A stretch of 26,602 nt of DNA from contig CBFIGT010000021.1 of assembly GCA_965662175.1 (NCBI GenBank), positions 1 through 26,602 of the forward strand, read 5' to 3'. How positions within the stretch are numbered: position 1 is the stretch's first letter; each line of letters starts with the position of its first letter. The position numbers were made by a program, and so were the translations under genes. Shown one piece after another: positions 1 through 8,339 of this stretch. Source of the stretch: Arcobacter sp. Lineage in GTDB: Bacteria > Campylobacterota > Campylobacteria > Campylobacterales > Arcobacteraceae. The notes under the pieces are model-generated. The model did no database searches, was not told the DNA's origin, and saw nothing but the letters and a program-made list of their open reading frames with translations.

Positions 1-77
1 TTTTTCTCATTCTTCTCTCCACTTTAACTAATTTTAACATAGTATTTTTCTATGTCCTATTTAGTGTAGCCAGATCA
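1..77 (-). mobile_element. Left end of an IS3-family-like insertion sequence (IRL at 53-77 plus first codons of orfA); element continues beyond the window start
   Basis: Minus strand from 77 reads TGATCTGGCTACACTAAATAGGACA (5'-TG start and internal GGACA, as in IS3-family IRs), then a GGAG SD (20-17) and ATG AGA AAA at 10-2. It begins exactly where the IS1634-like reading frame breaks. Confidence 0.7.
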
Positions 78-342
78 TTGGAATAAAATTTTGAGTTGTT
101 AAATTTGACAATAGTTCTTTTAATAATATCTTTTTATTTGATTCACTAATTGAGTTTGCAAAAAGATTTTGGGATAGTTCATTTATTCTTTCAAGAGCTT
201 TTTCATAAAGTTGTTCAATCTCATCTTCATTAGAACTACAACCAATAGTTTCAACTACTTTATATCCTCTATTTGTTCTATCTAATATTTGAACACTAAT
301 ACTTCCACTAGCATTTTTCTTTTTTCTAACTCTTAAATTCAT
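61..342 (-). pseudogene. IS1634-family transposase, N-terminal fragment, truncated by IS insertion
   Basis: N-terminus RVRKKKNASGSISVQILDRTNRGYKVVETIGCS is typical of IS1634 transposases. Only 93 aa; the last residues (MIWLH*) are read from the inserted IR. Confidence 0.7.
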
Positions 343-467
343 AAAGAAATTTTAACTAATTTACACTTGGGACACACAATTAGCACTTAAATTCTCTCTA
401 CAAAGCCCTTAGATAAGGGATTGTTGTTTTTTAATTGATGATTTTTTGAGTTATCGCGGAAGTCAGG
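78..467 (-). mobile_element. 5' part of an IS1634-family-like insertion sequence
   Basis: Minus-strand terminus CCTGACTTCCGCGATAA at 467 resembles IS1634/IS1549-type ends (recalled, not searched). Dyad CCCTTA-GA-TAAGGG at 406-419. Transposase N-terminus follows. Confidence 0.65.
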
Positions 468-489
468 AAGAGAATAAAGAGAAAATTGA

Positions 490-1332
490 TTAAAATTTTT
501 CTCTAAACTCTTTACATGTAATAAATGTAGATGAAAAGTTTGATATTAAGCTTTCAAGTTTACTTTCACAATTTTTAAGTCCATGATAATGTATGAAGTG
601 TTCTAAAGGTTTTAAATCAAGTTTTTCTTGATGTTCATCCAACTCTCTTGGATGTAAGTAGATAAAAGTTGGTGTACCTTCTTTGTTTTTTTTATGCATA
701 AAATATTTAGTAAACCATGCTGGAAAAAATCTAAGATAAAATCCTCCACTAAAACCTACTCTTTTATTTGCAAATTCTATAACAGGAACTGGAATTTCTA
801 GTATATCAATTGTTTTATTTCTAATTATAGGAAAGTTAGCCTTAGTTTGAAAGCCAGGAATTCCATAAAGATAAGTATAGGCAGGATAAACAGAAGAAGA
901 GTATGTTATTTCTTGTTCTTTTAATACATCATAATACCATTCTAAATTTTCTTTTTTAACTGACCATGATGGCGCTCTATATCCAACAACTTTTTCACCT
1001 ATTATATCTTCTAAATTAGAGCATGATATTTTTAAATCTTCTCTAAATTCATCTTCACTCATTGTATAAACAAGTTTATGTAAATGACTATGTGATGCAA
1101 TTTCATGTCCCGCATTATATAATTTTTTAACAATATGAGGTTTGTTTTTAGCAATATCTCCTACAATAAAACAAGTAGATTTAACATTATATTTTGCACA
1201 TAAATCAATTGTTTTGTCTATAGTATAGTCTAAATTTGTTTTCGTATTATGAAATTTACTTAAATCAACATCATAATTTGAATGGTACCACTCTTCTATA
1301 TCAAAAGTTAAAAAATTATTAATATTTTTCAT
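490..1332 (-). CDS. Polysaccharide deacetylase, CE4/NodB fold, DUF3473-type (XrtA/PEP-CTERM-locus-like)
   Basis: Motifs TFDIEEW, HEIASHSHLH, GYRAPSW, SGGFYLR, YLHPRE. GGAG SD upstream. Confidence 0.9.
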   Translation of the reverse strand: MKNINNFLTFDIEEWYHSNYDVDLSKFHNTKTNLDYTIDKTIDLCAKYNVKSTCFIVGDIAKNKPHIVKKLYNAGHEIASHSHLHKLVYTMSEDEFREDLKISCSNLEDIIGEKVVGYRAPSWSVKKENLEWYYDVLKEQEITYSSSVYPAYTYLYGIPGFQTKANFPIIRNKTIDILEIPVPVIEFANKRVGFSGGFYLRFFPAWFTKYFMHKKNKEGTPTFIYLHPRELDEHQEKLDLKPLEHFIHYHGLKNCESKLESLISNFSSTFITCKEFREKF

Positions 1333-1344
1333 TATATCTCCATA

Positions 1345-2295
1345 TTATATTACATCAAAATCTGATAAATTAGATTCCCATTTTTGTAAATCAAAAATCT
1401 TATCATCGAATACATTTTCTTCTAAAGCTAAGCCTATAAAGTTAATATTTTTAGGTTCATATTTAAGTGGTACCTTAATCAAATTTATAGGTGAATAGGA
1501 AATATTTCCTATATACATAATAGTGTCTATCTCTTTTTTATGTTTTTTATAAATATAGTTTACACTTGACTCAATATTTTTTTTGCTAAGAGGTTGTACA
1601 TCAATCAAGTAAGCAACTTTAGTATTCTCAAAATCTTCAATTTTATAAAAAAATTTAAAATCATTAATTTCAATTATTTTATGGCTAGAGGAGTATCTTT
1701 GTTTAATAAAAGATAAGTCGAAAACTTTTTTTATATCTTTTTTTTCATATACATCTTTTGTAAAATAAGAGAGGAACTTACTACAAATAAAAGATGAATA
1801 TAATTTTGTAAGAGGAGACAAAAAACTTAGTTCTTTTTTTAATTTTCCTATATTAACAGGTAAAACAAAAAAGTTTAATCTACCAATATCTTTATACTCT
1901 AGCACTTTTTTAAATATGGGATAACTATTATCATTAGGATAAGCAAATAAAAATGATATATTTTCAGCTTTACAAATTTCATTAAGTGTTATTGACATCA
2001 TAACAAAATGTTTTAAAGATCTAAACTCTTTTTTTATCATAACATCAACAAAAAGTCCCATCTCATAAATCTTTTCAAAATAGTTATATTTATAGGGAAT
2101 TACAGTTTTAATACCTACAATAATATCTTCTTCTTTTATAAAGCAGTGATATGAATATCCCTTATAACTATTTAAAAATTGTCTATCAAACTCTTTTACA
2201 TCTTTATGTTTATTAAAAACATCAAAAAAAAGTTGACATATTTGTTCTTTTTCAACTACAGTTAACTCTGTAGTTTTTTTTAAAATATAATCTAT
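1345..2295 (-). CDS. GNAT-family acyltransferase (316 aa if started at ATA 2295; the ORF track gives only 1345-2061)
   Basis: Frame is stop-free from 2061 to 2295 (checked codon by codon). AAGGA SD lies 6 nt before ATA. GNAT-like motif A (VDVMIKKEFRS) and FAYPN segment. Confidence 0.7.
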   Translation of the reverse strand: MDYILKKTTELTVVEKEQICQLFFDVFNKHKDVKEFDRQFLNSYKGYSYHCFIKEEDIIVGIKTVIPYKYNYFEKIYEMGLFVDVMIKKEFRSLKHFVMMSITLNEICKAENISFLFAYPNDNSYPIFKKVLEYKDIGRLNFFVLPVNIGKLKKELSFLSPLTKLYSSFICSKFLSYFTKDVYEKKDIKKVFDLSFIKQRYSSSHKIIEINDFKFFYKIEDFENTKVAYLIDVQPLSKKNIESSVNYIYKKHKKEIDTIMYIGNISYSPINLIKVPLKYEPKNINFIGLALEENVFDDKIFDLQKWESNLSDFDVI

Positions 2296-2306
2296 GTTAA
2301 ATCCTT

Positions 2307-3041
2307 TTAAAAAATAGCTCCACCTGAAATAGGTATATTTGCACCTGTAATATAATTTGAGTCTTTTGATAAAAGAAGTTTAATTATTGGCGTGACATCA
2401 TTAACATTTGCATTTCTTTTCTTAGGATTATTATAAGCTGATAATTCAACTAATTTCTCATTAATATCTGAAAGAAATTTAGTTTCAATCATTGATGGAG
2501 ATACTGCATTGATATTTATATTCTTATCTGCATATTCACTAGCTAAAGATTTTACTAATCCTAATAATGCATATTTAACTGTAGTATAGTGTACTAAGTT
2601 TTTTGGAGGTACATTTAGTGTTACGCTTGATAAAACAACAACTATATTTCCCTCTTTTTTTTCTTTAATTAATTTTGGTATAAATTTATTTAAAATATTT
2701 ACAAAAGCTTTTAGACTAATATTTATATCTTTTTCAAAATCACTCCAAGATATATCTTTAAATCTAAGAGTTGAAAATTTTGAAGCAGCAAAATTAACTA
2801 TTTTATTAGGAGTTCCATATTTTGATTCAATTTCATTTAACAAATTATTAACATCTACATCATTTGATAGGTCTGCTTTAATAGTAATAATTTTCTTATT
2901 TAAACTTTTAGCTAGCTCTAAAATATTTTTATCACAGCTATTATAATGTGCAATAATTAAACTATCATTCTCAATATTTTTAATTAAATCTAAGCCTAAA
3001 TCAGAAGAAGCACCTATTAATAAAATAATATCATTATTCAT
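2307..3041 (-). CDS. Short-chain dehydrogenase/reductase (FabG-like ketoreductase)
   Basis: LIGASSDLG nucleotide-binding loop, VLSS, YTTVK (YxxxK), NAVSPSMIET, ITGANIPISGG. Start moved to ATG 3041, which overlaps the MaoC stop and follows GGAG. Confidence 0.88.
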   Translation of the reverse strand: MNNDIILLIGASSDLGLDLIKNIENDSLIIAHYNSCDKNILELAKSLNKKIITIKADLSNDVDVNNLLNEIESKYGTPNKIVNFAASKFSTLRFKDISWSDFEKDINISLKAFVNILNKFIPKLIKEKKEGNIVVVLSSVTLNVPPKNLVHYTTVKYALLGLVKSLASEYADKNININAVSPSMIETKFLSDINEKLVELSAYNNPKKRNANVNDVTPIIKLLLSKDSNYITGANIPISGGAIF

Positions 3042-3453
3042 CCATAACTCCAACTTTAATTTTTGCCTTAGATACTTTTTGATTTTTTTGATTTTCAATA
3101 CTTGCTTTTATTTCTATTTGCTTATATGCACTATTAATATATGACACTTTTCCACTTATTTTTAAATTGTCATCTACAAAAACAGGTTTAGAAAATTGTA
3201 TATCAATACCTTGTAAAATACAATATTTTCCAGGTAAATAAACACCTACTAAAGTAGAGTAAAATGATGCAGTTAGCATTCCATATACTACAGTAGAATC
3301 AAAACCTTTTTCTTTTGCATAAGAAACATCAATATGTAAAGGGTTAGTATCATTTGATATCTTTAAAAAATTTTCCATCATATTTGATGTAATTACAACT
3401 TCAAAAGATTCACTTAATCCTTCAGCTATATCTTCAAATTTGTATTGATTCAT
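3034..3453 (-). CDS. MaoC/PaaZ-type hot-dog dehydratase
   Basis: Hydratase-2-like motif SNDTNPLHID...VVYGML and FSKPVFVDD. Confidence 0.88.
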   Translation of the reverse strand: MNQYKFEDIAEGLSESFEVVITSNMMENFLKISNDTNPLHIDVSYAKEKGFDSTVVYGMLTASFYSTLVGVYLPGKYCILQGIDIQFSKPVFVDDNLKISGKVSYINSAYKQIEIKASIENQKNQKVSKAKIKVGVMDE

Positions 3454-3701
3454 TACTGTTTTTCTATTTTTTCTAATATTAAACTATTCATTTCACCTAC
3501 ATCTTTTAGGTTTAATAATTCAGGTAAAGAGAACTTTATTTTAAACTCTTTTTCTATAGCACTAACTAGATTTATATGATTTAAAGAATCCCAATCTTCA
3601 ATTGTATCAGAGTTTGTATTATCATTTATTATTAAATCTTCATCATCAAAAATATCTCTAAATATTTCCTGTACATTATTAAATATCATCTCTTTTGTCA
3701 T
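3453..3701 (-). CDS. Acyl carrier protein
   Basis: Acidic 82-aa protein with WDSL phosphopantetheine site; 1-nt overlaps with both neighbours. Confidence 0.92.
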   Translation of the reverse strand: MTKEMIFNNVQEIFRDIFDDEDLIINDNTNSDTIEDWDSLNHINLVSAIEKEFKIKFSLPELLNLKDVGEMNSLILEKIEKQ

Positions 3702-5476
3702 TAGTTAACCTTTATAAATTTATTTTTATTTTCATAATTAGATATGTCTAATTTCCATATACTATTATCTTCATCTTTCTTTACTAGTTCAAAACCAAAT
3801 TTTGAGTAGAGATCTTCAACCATTCCATTCTTATTACTTTTATAGTAATATCCTCTAATTTCATTTATGTTTCTTTCTTTACATCTTTTAACTAGTTCAT
3901 CCAACATTGCAAATTCCATATCTCTTTTTAAAACTCTACAGCTCATAAGCCATAAATCAATATGTGCAATATTATCAATTATTGATGCAATTGAAATTGC
4001 TATTAAACCATTGTCTCCAAACTTATCTGTTAATTTTCCATATATTTTAATAAAACTATCATTTAATAAAACCTCTTCCATTTCAGCAGATGTATACCTT
4101 TTTGTAGTTAGATTAAATTGATTTGTTTTATTTGTAAGTTGAGTAATTCTTTCTAAATAAATTGTGTTAAAATCATTAATCTCTGCACTCATGTTTAATG
4201 AAATTAGAAAATCATCATAAGATTTAAAGTTTGATTCTTCTTCAACTCTTTTTTTGTTATCTTCATAATATTTGTTTCTATTTATGTCATCATTTGATAG
4301 TGAAATAATTTCAAAATAAGCTTCTTTATCAATGTAGTCAATAAAATCAATAACATTATTACCTACATTTGGAACACTTACTGATTTAACTTGAGAAGAA
4401 ACAATTTCTCTTTCAACGGGATTATCATCAATAAATACTAAACTATCTATACCTATATTTATCTCTTTTGCAATTTCAACAATATTATGATGTTTTGGTT
4501 CCCAATTAGCTTTAAAGGAAGTAAAATCATCAAATTTCAATATTGTATCTGGGTGTTCAAAACCCTCTTTTGCATTTTTGAAATCATTTTTTGAACAAAC
4601 ACTAAGAATGATTCCTCTATCTTTTAGCTCTTTTACATATTTCTGAAATTGAGTGTAGGTTTCTGAGATAGCAGTTTCGCTACCAATTGATATACCAGAT
4701 AAGCCATCATCACCTATTACTCCACCCCAGCATGTATTATCTAAATCTAAAACCAAGCATTTTTTTGTTTTACCAAAAACTGCACCTATTATTTTAGATA
4801 TATTTTGGGCTAAGTGAGGAATTGCATTGTAACTTATTGCATATTTAGATGTATGCCATAAGGACTTATCAAACCAATTTATTAAACCCATACTTGCTGA
4901 TAAATAGTTAATATCATTTATATATAAATTTTTGATTTCATTTGCTGCTTTTGCAAATTCTAAATTTATTTTATTAATAAAATTTGTTTTTCCATGAATA
5001 TCATAAAAATCTAAATTACCTAAACTTCTGTTAAGTGGCAAATCAAAATTATTTTGAATAATACTACACTCATATTTTGCTAAAGAGTCCCATATACTTT
5101 TAAATTTATTATATAAAGAGGCTAGTTTATTTTCAATGATATTTGCATCATCATTAAAATTAGGATATTCCAAAATATTTAAGTTTGTTGTGTGAATATA
5201 TATTATATCGGGTGCAAACTTTTTCAAGATTTCATTATCAAAAACTGAGTCTTCATAATATTTATTAAATTCAGACTCATAAAACTCTGTTTCAATTCCA
5301 AGATTTAAAAGAAATAGTTCTAAAATATTCTTTATTTCAGATGTAGTTGAACCACCTAAAATTGCAACTTTTTTTTTCATAAAATTACTTTTTGTATTTA
5401 AAAGTTCTTTCTTTAAACTTTTCTTCTTTCTTAATATAAACTCTACATCTAAGGGGTAACTTAAAGCTTTTAACAT
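3701..5476 (-). CDS. fkbH: FkbH-like HAD-IIIC glyceryl transferase/phosphatase
   Basis: HAD motif I LDLDNTCWGG, CSKN, NWEPK, FIDDNPVER, KTNQFNLTT, DKFGDNG, and the WLMSCRV Cys motif. Confidence 0.9.
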   Translation of the reverse strand: MLKALSYPLDVEFILRKKKSLKKELLNTKSNFMKKKVAILGGSTTSEIKNILELFLLNLGIETEFYESEFNKYYEDSVFDNEILKKFAPDIIYIHTTNLNILEYPNFNDDANIIENKLASLYNKFKSIWDSLAKYECSIIQNNFDLPLNRSLGNLDFYDIHGKTNFINKINLEFAKAANEIKNLYINDINYLSASMGLINWFDKSLWHTSKYAISYNAIPHLAQNISKIIGAVFGKTKKCLVLDLDNTCWGGVIGDDGLSGISIGSETAISETYTQFQKYVKELKDRGIILSVCSKNDFKNAKEGFEHPDTILKFDDFTSFKANWEPKHHNIVEIAKEINIGIDSLVFIDDNPVEREIVSSQVKSVSVPNVGNNVIDFIDYIDKEAYFEIISLSNDDINRNKYYEDNKKRVEEESNFKSYDDFLISLNMSAEINDFNTIYLERITQLTNKTNQFNLTTKRYTSAEMEEVLLNDSFIKIYGKLTDKFGDNGLIAISIASIIDNIAHIDLWLMSCRVLKRDMEFAMLDELVKRCKERNINEIRGYYYKSNKNGMVEDLYSKFGFELVKKDEDNSIWKLDISNYENKNKFIKVN

Positions 5477-5501
5477 GATCTAACATCCTTTCAAAAAAAT
5501 G

Positions 5502-5510
5502 ATTATAGCA
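5502..5510 (-). promoter_or_regulatory. Extended -10 sigma70 promoter (TGCTATAAT) upstream of fkbH
   Basis: Exact TGnTATAAT match about 25 nt before the ATG; AAGGA SD at 5490-5486. Confidence 0.6.
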
Positions 5511-5526
5511 AATTTATTATAATAAC

Positions 5527-6462
5527 TTATTTAGTTTTTAACTCTTTATAGTTTATTTTTTGTAATACAATTGTGGCTGTTCCCCATAAAGAAGATGGTA
5601 CCACTTGTAATATATGCATAACTATAGCAGTTGCGAGTGCTTCTTCTTTTGAAATACCATAATAACCTAATGCTAATACCATAGCAGCATGATAAGTACC
5701 TATTCCACCAGGATTTAGTGGTATTATAAATCCAATTGATGTTATTGTAAAGATAATAAAAAGTTGTGTAAATGTAAAGTGAAAATCCATGCCATAATAA
5801 AAAAGTAACCAAAGACTTATAAGATTTACAAAATAAATTATAAAGGTTAAAATTATAATATAAATTATTGATTTTAAATTTAATCTTGATGAAAAAAGAT
5901 AGTGTAATTTAAAAAGTGTATTTTTTATTTTTTTATTAGGAAAGTTCCAAAAGAGCTTATAAAAATATTTATTTTTACTTTTTAAAAGATAAAGAAAAGT
6001 TAAAAATCCTATAAATGACACAATAGCTATGTTTTGCCAAAAAAGTGTTTTTGACTCTAAAAATGTAACTATTAAAAACATTGATATTAAAACTAAAAAA
6101 TCAAAAAATCTTTCGATGATTAGATAAACTAAACTTTTTTTTAGTTTTAAGTTTGACCTTATTTTAAGATAAAAAATTCTAGAGAACTCACCTAATCTTG
6201 CAGGTAAAATAGTGTTAAATAAAGCTGTAACCATACAAGCATTGAATGAGTCCATCCAATTATTATAGTATTTTGAAATATACTGCCATCTAAATGCTAA
6301 TACAGCCACTTGGAAAAAAATAGTAAAAACAATAAACAGAAGTAAATAAATTGAAACTTTTTGAATGGTTTGTAACAATATAACAAAATCTACATTATTA
6401 AATATAAACCAAACAATAAAGATTAATATTGATAACTTAAGAAGGAAAATTAACTCTTTCAT
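5527..6462 (-). CDS. Lysylphosphatidylglycerol-synthase TM / flippase-like membrane protein (UPF0104)
   Basis: Multiple TM segments; AFRWQ, NTILPARLGEFSR, ERFFD, PLNPGGIGTYH motifs. Confidence 0.85.
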   Translation of the reverse strand: MKELIFLLKLSILIFIVWFIFNNVDFVILLQTIQKVSIYLLLFIVFTIFFQVAVLAFRWQYISKYYNNWMDSFNACMVTALFNTILPARLGEFSRIFYLKIRSNLKLKKSLVYLIIERFFDFLVLISMFLIVTFLESKTLFWQNIAIVSFIGFLTFLYLLKSKNKYFYKLFWNFPNKKIKNTLFKLHYLFSSRLNLKSIIYIIILTFIIYFVNLISLWLLFYYGMDFHFTFTQLFIIFTITSIGFIIPLNPGGIGTYHAAMVLALGYYGISKEEALATAIVMHILQVVPSSLWGTATIVLQKINYKELKTK

Positions 6463-6465
6463 TAA

Positions 6466-7446
6466 TTAATTTTCTGCTTTTATTGATAGCTGGTTATTTT
6501 CGTTATTATTAAATATGAAATTAACTTTTTCTCTATCTTCATCACTTAATACAATATTAACAAGTGCTTTTGTTCCTGATTGTATTAAATTATCTTTATT
6601 TGGTACTTCAAACTCAACAATAATTCTTCCAAACTCAGGGTCCATTACTGGAATAACCTTTTTAACAGGGACTTCCATAATAACAGCAGGTGTAGTTAAA
6701 AATGTTATAGTAACAACTTTATTTTTCTTAACAAAAGGAAGTAATCCAGGCGCTAATCCGGCTTTAACTTTTATTCTTGAAATGTCAACTATACTTCCAA
6801 TATTTTCACCTTCACTTAGGATTTTCCCCTCATATACATCTAATTTTGAAATATAACCTGAAATAATAGCTTTTACCAAAGTATTTTCTAGCCTATCTTG
6901 TAATTTGAAAAGCTCAACTCTTTTTTCAGAAATATTTTGTTCTTTCTCATAATAAACTGTTCTTGATGAATTTTCTGATTCATTTTTTCTATATAAAGCA
7001 TTTGCATATTCATTTTTTGCTTCATTAAATTTTTCTTCTGAAGTATAACCTTGAGCGTAAAGTTTTGCTACTTTTTCTAAATTCATTCTTGCTAAATGAA
7101 TGATAGTAGGATTAGTACCTCCTCCACCATAATTTTTGTATCTATATAAATTTTTTTCTGAAACTTCAATCTCTTTTTCTAGTTGTGCAATCTGTTTTTG
7201 AATAACTTTTTCATCAATAGAGAAAATTACATCATTTTTATTTACAAAACTACCAACATTGTTTTTTATCTCACTAACTTTTCCATTAATTGAAGTTATT
7301 GTTTGAGATTTATATGGGTATGATGTACCTTCAAGCTCTATACTTAACTTTTTATCTTTTTTTTGAATTTGTCTTTCTTCAGGTTTTTGTGCACAACCTA
7401 AAAATACTAAACTTAGTATCAATGTAGAAAAAATAATTTTAGTCAT
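6466..7446 (-). CDS. HlyD/RND-type periplasmic adaptor (membrane fusion) lipoprotein
   Basis: Lipobox VFLG-C, two half-lipoyl motifs (INGKVSEI..VGSFV; ISGYISKLDVYEG) flanking a coiled coil, then PVMDP..GRIIVEFEVPN. Confidence 0.8.
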   Translation of the reverse strand: MTKIIFSTLILSLVFLGCAQKPEERQIQKKDKKLSIELEGTSYPYKSQTITSINGKVSEIKNNVGSFVNKNDVIFSIDEKVIQKQIAQLEKEIEVSEKNLYRYKNYGGGGTNPTIIHLARMNLEKVAKLYAQGYTSEEKFNEAKNEYANALYRKNESENSSRTVYYEKEQNISEKRVELFKLQDRLENTLVKAIISGYISKLDVYEGKILSEGENIGSIVDISRIKVKAGLAPGLLPFVKKNKVVTITFLTTPAVIMEVPVKKVIPVMDPEFGRIIVEFEVPNKDNLIQSGTKALVNIVLSDEDREKVNFIFNNNENNQLSIKAEN

Positions 7447-7464
7447 ATTTCCCTCTTTCTTATT

Positions 7465-8181
7465 TTATGGTAGTTTTTGTAATTTTATATCTGTAACCAA
7501 AGGTACATAACCTCGATTAATTGCTAGATTTTTAATCTTATCAATTGTGTGATTATCTTCAATATACCAATAATCGACACTATAACATTTTATAGATTCT
7601 TTTATATTAAATCTATGCGCCTCTTCATGTAAAAAATAGCTGTTTGTTTCAAAATTATGAGTTGAAATTGTTGACTCTAATAAAACAGAATCAACATTTA
7701 ACTCATTAATTATTTCAAAACCTCTATTTATCATAATTTTTAAATCCGGATATAGGATTTTAATTTTATTAATTAACTTAATTATATTATTTTTAGATGT
7801 TAATTTATGGTGTAAAATTGAATCTATTGTATCCAACATTAATCCATTATAGCCTGATTTTATAATTGATGGGATAATTTGTGTTAAAACTAAATTTTCC
7901 CAGAAAAAATCAAATCTAATAAAGTAACTATCCCAGATTATACTTTTATTTAGAAGTTTGTTTTTTGCTTCTAAATCTTTAAAGTAAGCTCTGTAATGGT
8001 TAACTTCCCCCAGACTTAAATAAGCATATGTAGAGGCTTTGAACTCTCTTACATCTTTGTAATTATCAGGGTCTAGGATTATAGTTTCGTATTTATTTAA
8101 CTTTTTTGTACAAGCTGCACTACCGTAATAAATAAAAAACGATTCTATTTTTAAGCTATTTAATATATTCATCTTTCTCAA
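7465..8181 (-). CDS. Endo-alpha-1,4-(N-acetyl)galactosaminidase-like hydrolase (PelA N-terminal GH166/GH114-like)
   Basis: IYYG, AYLSLGEV, GYNGLMLDTIDS, NRGFE, VLLES motifs. Start is TTG 8181 or ATG 8172. Confidence 0.75.
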   Translation of the reverse strand: MRKMNILNSLKIESFFIYYGSAACTKKLNKYETIILDPDNYKDVREFKASTYAYLSLGEVNHYRAYFKDLEAKNKLLNKSIIWDSYFIRFDFFWENLVLTQIIPSIIKSGYNGLMLDTIDSILHHKLTSKNNIIKLINKIKILYPDLKIMINRGFEIINELNVDSVLLESTISTHNFETNSYFLHEEAHRFNIKESIKCYSVDYWYIEDNHTIDKIKNLAINRGYVPLVTDIKLQKLP

Positions 8182-8292
8182 TTAATTTATTTTATAAACA
8201 AAACACTAAAGTATATTTAAAAGTAACTTAATATATTATAATTTAAATAATATAAATTCTCTCTCTTTTGTTTTCTTTTATCAAGTTTTAGT

Positions 8293-8298
8293 TATAAT
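8293..8298 (+). promoter_or_regulatory. Putative -10 box (TATAAT) for tkt
   Basis: TATAAT followed by CGCAA, the same context as the purE promoter; AGGA SD before ATG 8340. Confidence 0.5.
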
Positions 8299-8339
8299 CG
8301 CAAAATTATTAAAACTAACTACAATAAAATAGGAAAGAT

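Noticed and set aside
23..362. 12-bp direct repeat TTTAACTAATTT at 23-34 and 351-362
   Set aside because: Both copies are inside IS ends rather than flanking them, so this is not a target-site duplication; low complexity makes chance likely.
3042..3098. ORF-track N-terminal extension of the SDR (MKIKKIKKYL...)
   Set aside because: Lies inside the MaoC gene; ATG 3041 has an SD, overlaps the MaoC stop and places the Rossmann motif at the N-terminus.
686..5377. A/T homopolymers of 8-9 nt in the glycan cluster (686-693, 2224-2231, 2274-2281, 5369-5377) as phase-variation tracts
   Set aside because: All frames are intact, such runs are expected in AT-rich DNA, and no long poly-G/C tract of the Campylobacter contingency type is present.
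3034..5476. Polyketide/NRPS biosynthetic cluster suggested by FkbH and ACP
   Set aside because: No ketosynthase, adenylation, condensation or methoxymalonyl-pathway dehydrogenase/methyltransferase genes in the window; neighbours are glycan-related.
3867..6856. Short ORFs 3867-4121(+), 5546-5812(-), 6515-6856(+)
   Set aside because: Antisense or alternative-frame shadows lying wholly inside well-supported genes, with no recognisable motifs.
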